Shown: positions 9,563 through 19,662 of the stretch, piece after piece
How the letters are laid out: every line of letters begins with the position of its first letter
How positions within the stretch are numbered: the stretch's first letter is position 1
Origin: an uncultured delta proteobacterium
GTDB taxonomy: Bacteria; Desulfobacterota; Desulfobacteria; Desulfobacterales; JAFDCJ01
Assembly: GCA_963769935.1 (NCBI GenBank)
Contig: CAVYNY010000013.1
Location: 576,001-640,000 of the forward strand
Reading direction: 5' to 3'
Length of the DNA: 64,000 nucleotides
Made by a program: the position numbers and the translations under genes
Notes under the pieces: model-generated
Told to the model about the DNA's origin: nothing
Database searches by the model: none
The model's input: only the letters and a program-made list of their open reading frames with translations

Positions 9563-11248
9563 TCACTGAGACGCCAGCGGTGCAAGGTGGTTGCGTTCAA
9601 GGTACTCTTTGCCCTGGGATGAGGTAATCACCAGCAGCCGGTCCCCCGCTTGAAGGAGGGTGTCCGGATGGGGCAAACGAATCTGACCCTCGCGCAAAAT
9701 AGCGATAAGTTCAAACTCGCCTCCCAGCTCTTCAGAAGGGCCGAAGCGGGCCGGTTTGCCAACCCAGGCGCTTTCCGGCCGAAGGATGCCGATAGCCAAC
9801 TGCTTTCCCTCCGACAGGTTTACAGCTACCCCCGATTTCAAGAGTGTCATAAGGTCCAGATGACAAACCTTGTTGGGCTCACAAACCCATGGTTTGCACA
9901 CAAGGTCCAGAGCAATGCAAGTGTTTTCCATATCATGGGCGGGCGACTCGGCTCTGGAAGGCATCTGCGCCTCGTAAAGACTCCGATACTTGAGGGGGGT
10001 GGAAAGGATTGTCTGCACGAGGTAGCTCAGCATCACGGCCAGAGCTGCAGGGACAAGCAACTGATAGCCTCCGGTCATCTCTGTCACCATCAACAAGGTG
10101 GCAATCGGCACCCGTGCGGCACCGCCAAAAACGGCTGCCATACCAACGATCACGAAAGCCGCCGGCGGCTGATGAAAGAGTCCGGCCATGAATCCGCCGG
10201 CCATTCCCCCAACGACCAGACTGGGTGCGAAAACGCCGCCGGAGCCGCCGGATGAAACGCTCAGGGCAAAGGCCAGCATTTTGGCAAAAATCAGGGCGAG
10301 CAGCAACATCAGCGACAAACGCCCATTGATTGCTTCCTGAATCCAACCGTAACCGCCCCCCAGCACCTGGGGGAGAACAAGTGCCAACAGGCCGACACAA
10401 AGACCGCCGATGGCCGGTTTGATGTGCGGCGGAAGAGGTATTTTGTGAAAGAAGTCCCGCATACCGTAAAAGACCATCGGTAAAAGTGTTGCCACTATCC
10501 CGCTGCCGACACCGAGCACCGCATACCAGATATAATCGGTGAACATAGGGACGCTCAAGTCCGGGGGCACCTGGAAAAGGGGTTGCCATCCCACAAACAC
10601 GCCGTTAATGACATAGGCCACCAGGGACCCCAGCATGGTGTAGAGCAGGGCGGCTGCTTCGAATTCCATATCGGCGTACAACACCTCGATGGCAAAGATG
10701 GCGGTCCCAATGGGCGAGCGGAAAATCGCTGCGAGCCCGGCGGCCATGCCAACGAGTACCAGAAGGCGCCGGTCCTCGTCCGAACGTTTGGTCAGACTGG
10801 CGTATATCGCTCCGATCCCCGCACTCATCAGGGCCGTCGGTCCCTCCCTTCCGGCGGCCCCGCCTGACCCTATGGTTATGGCCGAAGCCACTGCTTTCAG
10901 CGGAGCCACCCGCGCGCGGATAAAGCCTGCGGCACGGTGAAAGGCTTTCACCGCAGTGTCAGTGCCGTGTCCCTCCGCTTCGGGTGCCAGGCTGTAAACC
11001 AGAATACCCGAGATGAGGCCCCCCAGGGTGGTGCTCAGGGGAATCCACCACAAGCCATGCGAGCCAATCACCTGTTTGAGCACGCCTCCCTCGTCCGGCA
11101 GTCCCGGCGGGGAATATCCCGCCAACCCGCCCAGGAAGAGGGCTTCGGCTCCCTTCAACATGAGCGTGAAAACTTGGGCGCTGAGGGCCCCCACTACGCC
11201 CAGCAATACCGTATCGATGATGATCCATTGATTTCGGCCGGTTTGCAT
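9563..11248 (-). CDS. ClC chloride channel/antiporter with C-terminal TrkA-C domain
   Basis: GREGP, GGVFAP and EMTG motifs; PHPDTLLQAGDRL. Confidence 0.93.
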   Translation of the reverse strand: MQTGRNQWIIIDTVLLGVVGALSAQVFTLMLKGAEALFLGGLAGYSPPGLPDEGGVLKQVIGSHGLWWIPLSTTLGGLISGILVYSLAPEAEGHGTDTAVKAFHRAAGFIRARVAPLKAVASAITIGSGGAAGREGPTALMSAGIGAIYASLTKRSDEDRRLLVLVGMAAGLAAIFRSPIGTAIFAIEVLYADMEFEAAALLYTMLGSLVAYVINGVFVGWQPLFQVPPDLSVPMFTDYIWYAVLGVGSGIVATLLPMVFYGMRDFFHKIPLPPHIKPAIGGLCVGLLALVLPQVLGGGYGWIQEAINGRLSLMLLLALIFAKMLAFALSVSSGGSGGVFAPSLVVGGMAGGFMAGLFHQPPAAFVIVGMAAVFGGAARVPIATLLMVTEMTGGYQLLVPAALAVMLSYLVQTILSTPLKYRSLYEAQMPSRAESPAHDMENTCIALDLVCKPWVCEPNKVCHLDLMTLLKSGVAVNLSEGKQLAIGILRPESAWVGKPARFGPSEELGGEFELIAILREGQIRLPHPDTLLQAGDRLLVITSSQGKEYLERNHLAPLASQ

Positions 11249-11563
11249 GTCTATCTCCTTCGAGATGTGCTATGCGCACTTATCCCACCCGCATAGAACC
11301 GAGCACACTTGGTTTTTCCTCTTCCCCCCGACTGATGACGGGCCCTGAAAAAGATTTGGATAAAAGAAATAACAAATCCATACCGAACGTTTCGAACGCT
11401 AACGATTTTTTAAATATACGGAAAATAAACTTGGGTTTGAATGGGTTCAATCCTGTATAATAAGACTGGAATCAGTGTATCTTTTTGGCGCCGCAGGGAG
11501 ATAGCGGCTCATGCTCTAACCGGTCTCTCCACTCCTCCATTATCATCCAGAAATATTTCTATA

Positions 11564-11593
11564 TTGACACACATAATAATGTTGGCATATTAT
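11564..11593 (+). promoter_or_regulatory. sigma70 promoter of the TA operon
   Basis: TTGACA-N18-TATTAT. Confidence 0.55.
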
Positions 11594-11625
11594 AGCTATA
11601 ACTATCAATATAAATGGAGTGTCCT

Positions 11626-11859
11626 ATGCGCACTATTCAAATGACACTTGATGATGATCTCGTAAAAAAGGTCGATGCTATAGCAAATGAGCTTCAAACA
11701 ACACGCTCTGCGTTTACGCGAGATGCATTGCGGGAAGCGGTTCAACAATACAACATTCGCCGTCTTGAATTGAAGCACCGCCAAGGCTACGCGGTTCGCC
11801 CAGTCAATGAAGAGGAGTTCAGTGTCCGGGAAAAAGAACAAAATTGGGGGGATGAATGA
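11626..11859 (+). CDS. ribbon-helix-helix antitoxin
   Basis: MRTIQMTLDDDLV..TRSAFTRDALR; ATGA overlap with the toxin gene. Confidence 0.85.
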   Translation: MRTIQMTLDDDLVKKVDAIANELQTTRSAFTRDALREAVQQYNIRRLELKHRQGYAVRPVNEEEFSVREKEQNWGDE

Positions 11860-12167
11860 AGAGGGGTGAGATCAGATGGTACAAATTCAAAGCTGCTGAT
11901 AAGAAACGGCCGGTTTTAATTTTAACCCGCAATTCCATACTGGAGTATCTTGGGGAAGTCACCGTGGCCCCGATCACCACGACCGTTCGGGATATACCTA
12001 GCGAAGTATTCCTCTCAAAACAAGACGGGATGATAAAGGACTGCGCAATAAACTTCGATCACCTTCAAACGGTGTCGAAGGGAAAGATTGGATCGCTGAT
12101 AACAACACTTTCTATAGATAAATTAGAAAAAGTGAGAGCGGCCGTACAATTTGCCCTGAACCTATAA
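11856..12167 (+). CDS. mazF: MazF/PemK toxin
   Basis: MKRGEI..KKRPVLIL..VTVAPITT. Confidence 0.9.
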   Translation: MKRGEIRWYKFKAADKKRPVLILTRNSILEYLGEVTVAPITTTVRDIPSEVFLSKQDGMIKDCAINFDHLQTVSKGKIGSLITTLSIDKLEKVRAAVQFALNL

Positions 12168-12433
12168 CGGGCAATTGCCCTTTGGGAAAATAAAGCAAAT
12201 TTTGAAATATTCCCGTATGTCTTTAGAAAAAAACAAAATGATAATGAGGCGGTAGAATTTGCCTAACACAGCCACTGGAACGGATCAGTCTTCCCACCGC
12301 TGAGCTTCGCCACGGCACAGCGGCGTAAAGATATCGGTTTTACCTAAATGCCGTGCAGGATTGGCCTGATTTTTTGCCGCTGCTCACCGGCGGCAGGCAT
12401 TCAATATTTTCATGAATCAGGAGTCCCGGGAAC

Positions 12434-13096
12434 ATGAAAGAGCAAGGAATGAATAAGAAGCTCCTATTTTTTGTACTTCTCTCGCTGGTTGGCTCTGCCA
12501 ATGGTCTTTTTCCTGCGGAGCCTTCCTCGGGTATGGCGGAATATGAACGTGATTCAACCGCACTGTTCAGGTCTGCAGACTCATTTGAGACCGCATTGCA
12601 TATCTGGCAGACACCGGAAGATATCAACGCGTGGATCGCCGGCAATTTCTCATACGACATGGATCGAGCGGCACGGCTTTCTGAAACGCAAAGAACAAAG
12701 AATGTGCAGCTCTCGGTATATACCCCTGATGAACTCTTCACTATTAAGACCGGTGTGTGTGTTGACCTGTCACGCTTTGGGGTCGAGACGCTCAGACGCA
12801 TAGATCCGCAGAGTGAACCGCACTACCTGATGATTGAATTCGAACCAATACAAATTGCGGGAAATACACTTCGATTTCATTGGCTGGCGAGCTTTAAACG
12901 TGACGGCAAACGTTTCTTTTTCGCTGACTCGAAGCGCCCAGGATATATTGCCGGCCCTTACGGTGATGCGCGAGACTTCATAAACGAGTATTCGCTGTAT
13001 AGAGGTCGAAAGATCATTGCTTTTCGGGAATTGGAGTCGTACCAAAAACAGCGCCGGACCAAGGCAATGACGCAACAGGTAAAAAGGAAGCCCTAA
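12434..13096 (+). CDS. secreted hypothetical protein, possibly transglutaminase-like
   Basis: signal-like N-terminus; GVCVD..HW..D pattern; stop codon lies within an attC-like CCCTAAC. Confidence 0.7.
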   Translation: MKEQGMNKKLLFFVLLSLVGSANGLFPAEPSSGMAEYERDSTALFRSADSFETALHIWQTPEDINAWIAGNFSYDMDRAARLSETQRTKNVQLSVYTPDELFTIKTGVCVDLSRFGVETLRRIDPQSEPHYLMIEFEPIQIAGNTLRFHWLASFKRDGKRFFFADSKRPGYIAGPYGDARDFINEYSLYRGRKIIAFRELESYQKQRRTKAMTQQVKRKP

Positions 13097-13219
13097 CAAT
13101 GGCATAAAAATGGACGTGTTATTCCGTGCGGTTTCTACAGACGACAGTCTGTATTAAGTGGCGCACCAGCTTAATTTTTCGGTCTGATACTCGCCCGTCA
13201 TTTACGCCTGGTGTTGGAC
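13091..13219 (+). mobile_element. attC-like site
   Basis: CCCTAACAATGGCATAAAAATGGAC ... GTCATTTACGCCTGGTGTTGGAC imperfect inverted repeat with AAC/GTT cores. Confidence 0.7.
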
Positions 13220-13239
13220 ATGGAGATATATTTATTATT

Positions 13240-13560
13240 TTGAACACTCACTTTCTCACCCGCCATCGACGAAAGCTGTATTTTGCATTAGCTTTTGTCA
13301 TTATTGTTCACCTGCTCAATATTTTTGTATTTGCCAAATATTTTAGCGAATTTGCATTCGCTTCATTTTGGTTATTGATGTTTCCCGGTTTTGTCTCAAT
13401 ATATTTGATTCTTGCTGCCGCCTTTGAATTTACATTAAGAAAAAGACGGAAAACGGTCTTAAGAACCGTTGAATTTATTTTTCTGGGATTACTTACGGGC
13501 GCAACAACTTTTATATTCTTGTTTTCGCTATGGTATTTTGGCGGCCTTAAATATGTTTAA
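13240..13560 (+). CDS. AT-rich small membrane protein (cassette-like)
   Basis: 3 hydrophobic segments; follows the attC GTT core; start uncertain (TTG after GGAGA). Confidence 0.5.
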   Translation: MNTHFLTRHRRKLYFALAFVIIVHLLNIFVFAKYFSEFAFASFWLLMFPGFVSIYLILAAAFEFTLRKRRKTVLRTVEFIFLGLLTGATTFIFLFSLWYFGGLKYV

Positions 13561-13823
13561 AGTTATATTTCTCCTTCAAAAAGAGTCATTCAAATCGCCC
13601 GCTGTTTCCTCCCCTAAACAGGAACCCTAGGTTCTGCAATCTCCAAAAACCGGAACATGGAATTCCACCTGTCCGTATATAATCTATATTCGGCCAGCTA
13701 CCCCTCTTGTCGGCTTTCATACGTCTACCAAAAAAGTAAATGGGATGACAGGGCCATTCCCCGGCAGTTCCGGGGCTGAAAGCCAAAAAATAGATTTATT
13801 ATAAAAAACAGTTAGTTGCATTG

Positions 13824-13839
13824 TGGCATGGTATTTGCT
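13824..13839 (+). promoter_or_regulatory. sigma54 promoter
   Basis: TGGCATGGTATTTGCT = GG-N10-GC. Confidence 0.7.
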
Positions 13840-14174
13840 CAAAATAATGTGGTGGCCGTGTCGATCGCCGCTTTTAATGAAGCAAAATATATAGTGACGG
13901 ATATTTAGACCAGCGCCCGGCAGCTGAATTTCATTGAACATGAAGTTGCCGTTGTCGGTACGGTAGAAAGACAATGGGTCAAAGCTTATCCGCACGTTTT
14001 CGATTTTTATGGTTTTGGCGTCAAGCCTATGCATATATGCAAAATCTTTAGAGCGCGCTATCGCCGGATCTGATCAAGCACAAGACAGGCTTCATTTATT
14101 TAATCCGGATTCACTCATGTCAGCAGGCTAAACCTTTCTAGGATGGCTCTTAACAAAAGGCATGGAGGTGTGTA

Positions 14175-15617
14175 ATGGAAAGCAAGCTATTCAAAACGGA
14201 AGATTGGTGGGCGGTATGGATCGGGATGTTCATCTTTATTATCGGATTGGGACCCATGATCGGGTGGGATACCCTGGGGTGGGCCGCAAAGCCGAATACG
14301 TGGACAGCGCTCTCGAAGGGGGTGACACCCTTTTCTAAGGGTTATGAGGGCATGTCGGGGTTTTTTTCTCTGGTCTTAACTTATCTGGCATTAATTGTGG
14401 TCCTGGGTATCGGGGCAAAGTCGCTGGGTGCGAAAATGGGTAAATTCCTGTATGGATTTACCGTGATATTCTGGCTGACGTATGCCTGTGTTTTAATAGG
14501 AAATTATGCCTATATTGCCGTGAATGCCCCTGCGGATCTGCAAAAATTCGGCATCGGCTGGTCATTAAAGCTGACCGGTGAAGCCGGTTTGATTGTGGCG
14601 TTGCTGGCCGGTCTTTTCATCAGCAATTTTTTGCCGGATTTCGCGGAAACGCTGAAAGAAGCAACCCGGGCCGAGTGGTATATTAAAACCGCCATCGTGA
14701 TTCTAGGCGCCGGAATCGGTGTCAAGGCCGCCGGAGCGCTCGGACTTGCATCTGCCGTGATGTTTCGGGGTCTGTGCGCCATCGTTGAAGCCTATCTCAT
14801 TTACTGGGCGCTGGTTTACTGGATCTCGAGAAAATATTTCGGTTTCAGCCGGGAGTGGGCGGCGCCGCTGGCCTCCGGCATTTCTATTTGCGGGGTTTCC
14901 GCGGCAATCGCTACCGGCGGAGCGATCCGCGCAAGGCCGATTGTCCCGATCATGGTTTCGTCGCTGGTAGTGGTTTTCGCAGTGGTTGAGCTTCTGGGTC
15001 TGCCCTTTCTGGCCCAGGTGTTCCTTTATAAAGAACCGCTGGTGGCAGGGGCCTGGATGGGACTTGCCGTTAAAACCGACGGGGCCGCGGTGGCCAGCGG
15101 GCAGATTGTGGATTCCCTTATTCTTGCAAAGGCCCTAACCGCTCAGGGCATTAAATATGAACCGGGCTGGCTGCTTTCAACCGCCACGACGGTGAAGATT
15201 TTTATCGATATCTTCATCGGTGTATGGGCGTTTATTCTGGCTGTAATCTGGACCACCAAAATTGAACCGGTCCCGGGGGAAAAGGTCGGCGCCGGTGAGA
15301 TTTGGGAGAGATTTCCGAAGTTTATCATCGGATATGCGCTCACGTTTCTGCTCATGCTGGCCGCATGCCTACTCTTTCCGGGCATTGTCGCAAAGGCGAA
15401 ACTGGCAACCGGTGAAGCTGACAACTTCAGAACGCTCTTCTTTGCCCTTACCTTCTTTTCCATCGGGTTGGTGTCCAATTTCCGCAAACTCTGGGAAGAG
15501 GGTATCGGCAGGCTGGCCCTTGTGTACATAATTTCTCTTTTCGGGTTTATTATCTGGATAGGGTTGCTCATTTCATGGATCTTTTTCCACGGCGTCAGAC
15601 CGCCGGTAGTTGGCTGA
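14175..15617 (+). CDS. putative sulfate exporter (PSE/YeiH) family transporter
   Basis: EDWWAVW, GISICGVSAAIA and ERFPKF motifs; GGAGG RBS. Confidence 0.88.
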   Translation: MESKLFKTEDWWAVWIGMFIFIIGLGPMIGWDTLGWAAKPNTWTALSKGVTPFSKGYEGMSGFFSLVLTYLALIVVLGIGAKSLGAKMGKFLYGFTVIFWLTYACVLIGNYAYIAVNAPADLQKFGIGWSLKLTGEAGLIVALLAGLFISNFLPDFAETLKEATRAEWYIKTAIVILGAGIGVKAAGALGLASAVMFRGLCAIVEAYLIYWALVYWISRKYFGFSREWAAPLASGISICGVSAAIATGGAIRARPIVPIMVSSLVVVFAVVELLGLPFLAQVFLYKEPLVAGAWMGLAVKTDGAAVASGQIVDSLILAKALTAQGIKYEPGWLLSTATTVKIFIDIFIGVWAFILAVIWTTKIEPVPGEKVGAGEIWERFPKFIIGYALTFLLMLAACLLFPGIVAKAKLATGEADNFRTLFFALTFFSIGLVSNFRKLWEEGIGRLALVYIISLFGFIIWIGLLISWIFFHGVRPPVVG

Positions 15618-15637
15618 ATCTATAGAGGAGGACTATT

Positions 15638-15802
15638 ATGACGACAGAGAAACCCAAAGTCGCAGAAGAGCTAAAGAAGATGGAGTACGAACCGCTGCTG
15701 CCGATTGAAAAAAAACTGATTTCATCGAGCCTGATTCTCGGCGCTATACTCCTGGGAATTCTGATTTGGATAAGCTATACTTTCTTCCCCGGCGGGCATT
15801 AA
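15638..15802 (+). CDS. 54-aa single-TM protein, likely partner of the PSE transporter
   Basis: GAGGAGG RBS; MTTEKPKVAEELKKMEYEPLLPIEKKLISSSLILGAILLGILIWISYTFFPGGH; below the ORF-track cutoff. Confidence 0.75.
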   Translation: MTTEKPKVAEELKKMEYEPLLPIEKKLISSSLILGAILLGILIWISYTFFPGGH

Positions 15803-16058
15803 TTTGAAGCGCACCAGCGAGCGCCATCCCCGTCCCGCGGGATTGCGGAGATGGCGAGCGCCTATCCGAATTAGACAATGGAATGCGTCCGGGCTTGGAT
15901 TTGCAGGGGGCATGCACCTGATCCTGAAGGTCGATCTGCCCCCTGCCGCGCAAAAATCATCTGAATACCGCAGTTGCGGATCTGGAAGAGGCCTTAAGCA
16001 GAAGTGCGAACAGCTTTGGCCGGTCTGCAAAAAGGTTCAGCCGTAAAGGAAAAGCTTT

Positions 16059-16388
16059 ATGAAAATGGCAAATATTGCGTTCGGAGTTACAGACTGGTCG
16101 GAGATCGAAAAGACAGAACATAAGGGTGAAAGGGGCATTGCCTACTGGCGGACAAGAGAGTTTGGCGGCATCCGGGTACGTATGGTCGATTACTCGCCAG
16201 GATATCAGGCCGATCATTGGTGTTTAAAAGGACACATTTTGCTGTGTATTGAAGGTGAGTTGCACACCGAGCTTTCTGATGGCAGGAAATTCACTCTGAC
16301 TCCAGGGGTCAGCTATCAGGTGGCTGACAATGCCGAGCCTCATCGCTCCTCTACAAGCACAGGGGCAAAACTATTTATCGTCGATTAA
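16059..16388 (+). CDS. DHCW-motif cupin protein
   Basis: ADHWCLKGH, EPHRS. Confidence 0.88.
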   Translation: MKMANIAFGVTDWSEIEKTEHKGERGIAYWRTREFGGIRVRMVDYSPGYQADHWCLKGHILLCIEGELHTELSDGRKFTLTPGVSYQVADNAEPHRSSTSTGAKLFIVD

Positions 16389-16505
16389 TATGGCACTGAA
16401 GCAGGCCTGCTCAACCAACAAGACCGAAGCACAAAATGAACCGGGCGCTCACAAAGCCGGGCGCCGGTTAGCGCAATGCTTGATCAATCAATATAGGAGA
16501 AAATC

Positions 16506-16952
16506 ATGAAATTGCCTGAGTATGTAACTGTTGATGAAGTAAAACGAGTCTGCAACGAAATTGGCTTGCGTGACTGGTCCAGAATCACGGATCCAACTGT
16601 TTCAGCAGAAGAAGCATCCACGATACTTAATATTGTGAACACCCAGGGAATGAATATACCCCTTGAGGCGTTTCGAAAAGGTTTAGAAGTTGAGCTTGAA
16701 CATGGAACAAGATTTGGGGATGCAAATGTAACGAACAACCACCCAATCCTGACAGGCAAGATCGTTATCGCCCATCTTAAAGAGACGATGGACTATTATG
16801 AAAGAATCGATGTTGCCGAAATGGAGGGTGATTTATTGAAAGCGATTCTGTCTCGAAATATCGAGAAAATAGAATCAAAGTTTAAAAAACTCATCGAAGC
16901 GCAGAAGTTACTGAATCAATCCGTTGCCGGCCAATTGAAGAAACGCAGCTAA
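16506..16952 (+). CDS. DUF5661-like protein
   Basis: GLEVELEHG..IAHLKE..DYY; stop codon lies within AGCTAAC. Confidence 0.75.
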   Translation: MKLPEYVTVDEVKRVCNEIGLRDWSRITDPTVSAEEASTILNIVNTQGMNIPLEAFRKGLEVELEHGTRFGDANVTNNHPILTGKIVIAHLKETMDYYERIDVAEMEGDLLKAILSRNIEKIESKFKKLIEAQKLLNQSVAGQLKKRS

Positions 16953-17183
16953 CATTCGGGTGCCTTGGGGACCGCTCGTGCCTTGCAGTCTGTTAAGTGA
17001 GCCCTTAGTACATGAGATCATCACAGACATCAGCAACCATGTCGCGGGTGACGGTTCAACAGCAACAGTTATCGGCCCCGCCAGGGGTTTGCAGATACCA
17101 CTGCCGATAACCGTCACCATTGAACCGTAAAAAAAATGAACACTGCAGATGAATTTGAGTAAAGTGTTATTTCCGGCAGTGAA

Positions 17184-17711
17184 TCAACAAGACCCCCCGC
17201 CCCCGCCGCCGCCACCGCCACCGCCGCCGCCATCCGGCTCCGGTGGCTTGGGTCCGGCAACCTTCTCGAGTTCCTGGACCTTTTGCTGAAGCGCTTTCTC
17301 CTGGCCTCTTAGACGTCCCAAATCATGCTGACACCGATTTATCTCTTTTTGGGCCACTTCCTGATTCAGCCGGTGCATCTGAACCTGTTCGGCCACATAA
17401 GGGGTCGGACTAGATTCAACCATATCCTTGGCCATGCTTGGCCCGCTGGGATGTCCCATTGCTTCCATAATTCCATTATGGGAGTCAATGTTGAGCTGGC
17501 GCGCATCCGCCAAGTCCTGTTCGGTCTTGGAAATCTTTAGCTGGACTTTGGCAAGGTCGGATCTTGCCTGGGCCAAATCCTTGGACTCTTTGGACATGGG
17601 CACATGATCAACCATAAAGTCGGTCACGGAGCTGGTGACCGAATTAATGGCGGACTCGCAACCTGCCAAAACCATTAGAGAACAAATAAGAACAAACACT
17701 GCTTTTTTCAT
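17184..17711 (-). CDS. coiled-coil lipoprotein with poly-Gly-Ser-Cys tail
   Basis: lipobox LAGC; heptad-rich body; G12-SC C-terminus. Confidence 0.75.
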   Translation of the reverse strand: MKKAVFVLICSLMVLAGCESAINSVTSSVTDFMVDHVPMSKESKDLAQARSDLAKVQLKISKTEQDLADARQLNIDSHNGIMEAMGHPSGPSMAKDMVESSPTPYVAEQVQMHRLNQEVAQKEINRCQHDLGRLRGQEKALQQKVQELEKVAGPKPPEPDGGGGGGGGGGGGGSC

Positions 17712-18105
17712 AGGCGGTTTTCCCTTCTTGTATTTGTTGTTCATAACGTCGGAATGTTTTTATGATAAAATTTGCTGAGAATGGTAATTTCTCATTCGTA
17801 CGGGTCCCTTGGCTAAAGTCAATCACAGGCCAGCATGGACATTAAGATTCCATAGGCTATCACTGTATTTATCGTTGAATTACGGGATTACTTTAGTAAA
17901 ATTTTCTGGATATTACCTGAATATTGCACTGATCTGAGGCTTTCCTCTGCAAGGCACATAAATGCGACGCCGTAGTGCGCTATACGAGCCCTTAATTAAG
18001 CTGCTGTTTGAAGTTCGGAGGCTCGAACCTCGGTTCAACGCGCCAGGGCGGCTGCATCCCAACGGAAGGGGGTAAAGGCAGCAAAAAGTAAAGAATCCCG
18101 GCCCA

Positions 18106-18140
18106 GCTTCCTGCCCGTAGGCCTACAGCCCGGAGGGAAG
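18106..18140 (+). repeat. ~35 bp GCYTCC..GCCTAC..CGGAGGGAG element, copy 1
   Basis: near-identical to 50854-50887; related to 50933-50965 and 51993-52027 (minus strand). Confidence 0.8.
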
Positions 18141-18191
18141 ACCGGGTTTTTGATGTTAGATTAAAAATGCACGGAGCGGCGATTTTAGGAT

Positions 18192-18485
18192 ATGAAGGCA
18201 GCTGATATAATATGCGTTGCGCTGCTTGGGCTGCTTGCTCCCCTGTTCGGCTTCGCTCAGGAAGCGACGCAATCTGATGTTGAATCTCTTTTGAACCGAA
18301 TTGAGACGGCCTACAGCGCAGTCGCGAACTACCAGGTGAATATAGAGGTCAGAGACTACCGGCCCGGTGCGGAATTCGAAACCAAAAAATTTTTGTATAC
18401 CTATAAAAAGAAGCCGGGTATCAGCGGCGGGACAGCCTGGCCGCTCGGACGCCTCTCCTGGGCTTGGATGAGCTGTAATCTTTAA
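18192..18485 (+). pseudogene. truncated secreted LolA-like protein
   Basis: signal peptide plus YSAVANYQV..FLYTYKK, then an abrupt change in composition. Confidence 0.45.
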
Positions 18486-18794
18486 GCGACTATCGGAAGC
18501 AACCTGAGATTATTTGGCTTCCGCTTGCCAGTGATTTCGATAATGGCGGTAAGTTGATGGCTCTCCGTGGAACTCCCTATAAAGTACCGACCCCTATTTT
18601 CTCTTTGGTATCTTCGAGTTCATGTTTATATTCGTAGGTGTGAAATCTTTTGTACCGAGAAAAAGTTTTCACCGGAACAAAATTGAAATATGAATCGCAA
18701 AACTCTGAAGGATGCCTGCGAGCAGCTCCAGTCGGGCTTTCCATCCAGCGAATGGACCCGGCGGGCTTCACCCTACCGCCTGCTGTAACCGTCA

Positions 18795-18825
18795 AAAAGG
18801 GGATGCGCCGGGGTGCATCCCTTTT
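18795..18825. terminator. hairpin with A and T flanks
   Basis: AAAAGGGGATGC-N8-GCATCCCTTTT. Confidence 0.5.
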
Positions 18826-18918
18826 CGGTTTAGCGTATTTGGAATACCAGCTAATTGCGGCAGTTTTTGGCAGGCGGAAATTGGGGGAGGAGGGGTTTCT
18901 AAGCTTGAGGAGCTGATA

Positions 18919-19527
18919 ATGAATAAAACCAGGCTTGAAGCGTTCAGCGACGGCGTACTCGCAATCATTATTACAATCATGGTATTGGAATTGAAGGTGC
19001 CTCACAGCGCCGGCATCGAGGCGCTGGCGCAATTGTTCCCCGTGTTCTTGAGTTATGTATTGAGTTTCGTCTACCTTGGCATCTACTGGAACAATCACCA
19101 CCACATGCTGCACGCCAGCCGCAAAGTGACCGGCTCGATACTGTGGGCCAACCTTCACCTCCTGTTCTGGTTGTCGCTGGTACCGTTCGCAACCGGCTGG
19201 ATGGGCGAAAATCAGTTTGCCGCGGCACCTTCAGCGATTTATGGTGCGATTCTGCTCATGGCTGCCATCGCGTACTGGATATTGCAGCAATTGATCATTG
19301 CATCGCAGGGGCAGGACTCGCTCTTAAAGAAGGCGATCGGCGGCGATTGGAAGGGTAAACTCTCGCCGGTTTTGTACGCCGTTGCGATTGGCATGGCCTT
19401 TTGGTCGCAATGGGTCTCCATTGGCCTATATGTTCTAGTGGCACTCATTTGGCTGGTGCCGGATCGGCGGATCGAGCGCGTCCTATTGAACCAGAATACC
19501 GAAGCGCTCAGGCAGTTAAAGGATTGA
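18919..19527 (+). CDS. TMEM175-family potassium channel
   Basis: RLEAFSDGVLAIIITIMVLE, YWNNHH; GAGGAG RBS. Confidence 0.93.
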   Translation: MNKTRLEAFSDGVLAIIITIMVLELKVPHSAGIEALAQLFPVFLSYVLSFVYLGIYWNNHHHMLHASRKVTGSILWANLHLLFWLSLVPFATGWMGENQFAAAPSAIYGAILLMAAIAYWILQQLIIASQGQDSLLKKAIGGDWKGKLSPVLYAVAIGMAFWSQWVSIGLYVLVALIWLVPDRRIERVLLNQNTEALRQLKD

Positions 19528-19662
19528 ATGCAAGAGGAATAGCGGAGATTCCCAAGCCGGTCGCGGCGCTGATGCTTTACCGGACCGGCCGGGGCAGCCG
19601 CAATCATGTTGCCCCAGCCCCCGAATCGCACAAACAACAAATTAAGAGTAGAAAGCAGGCGA

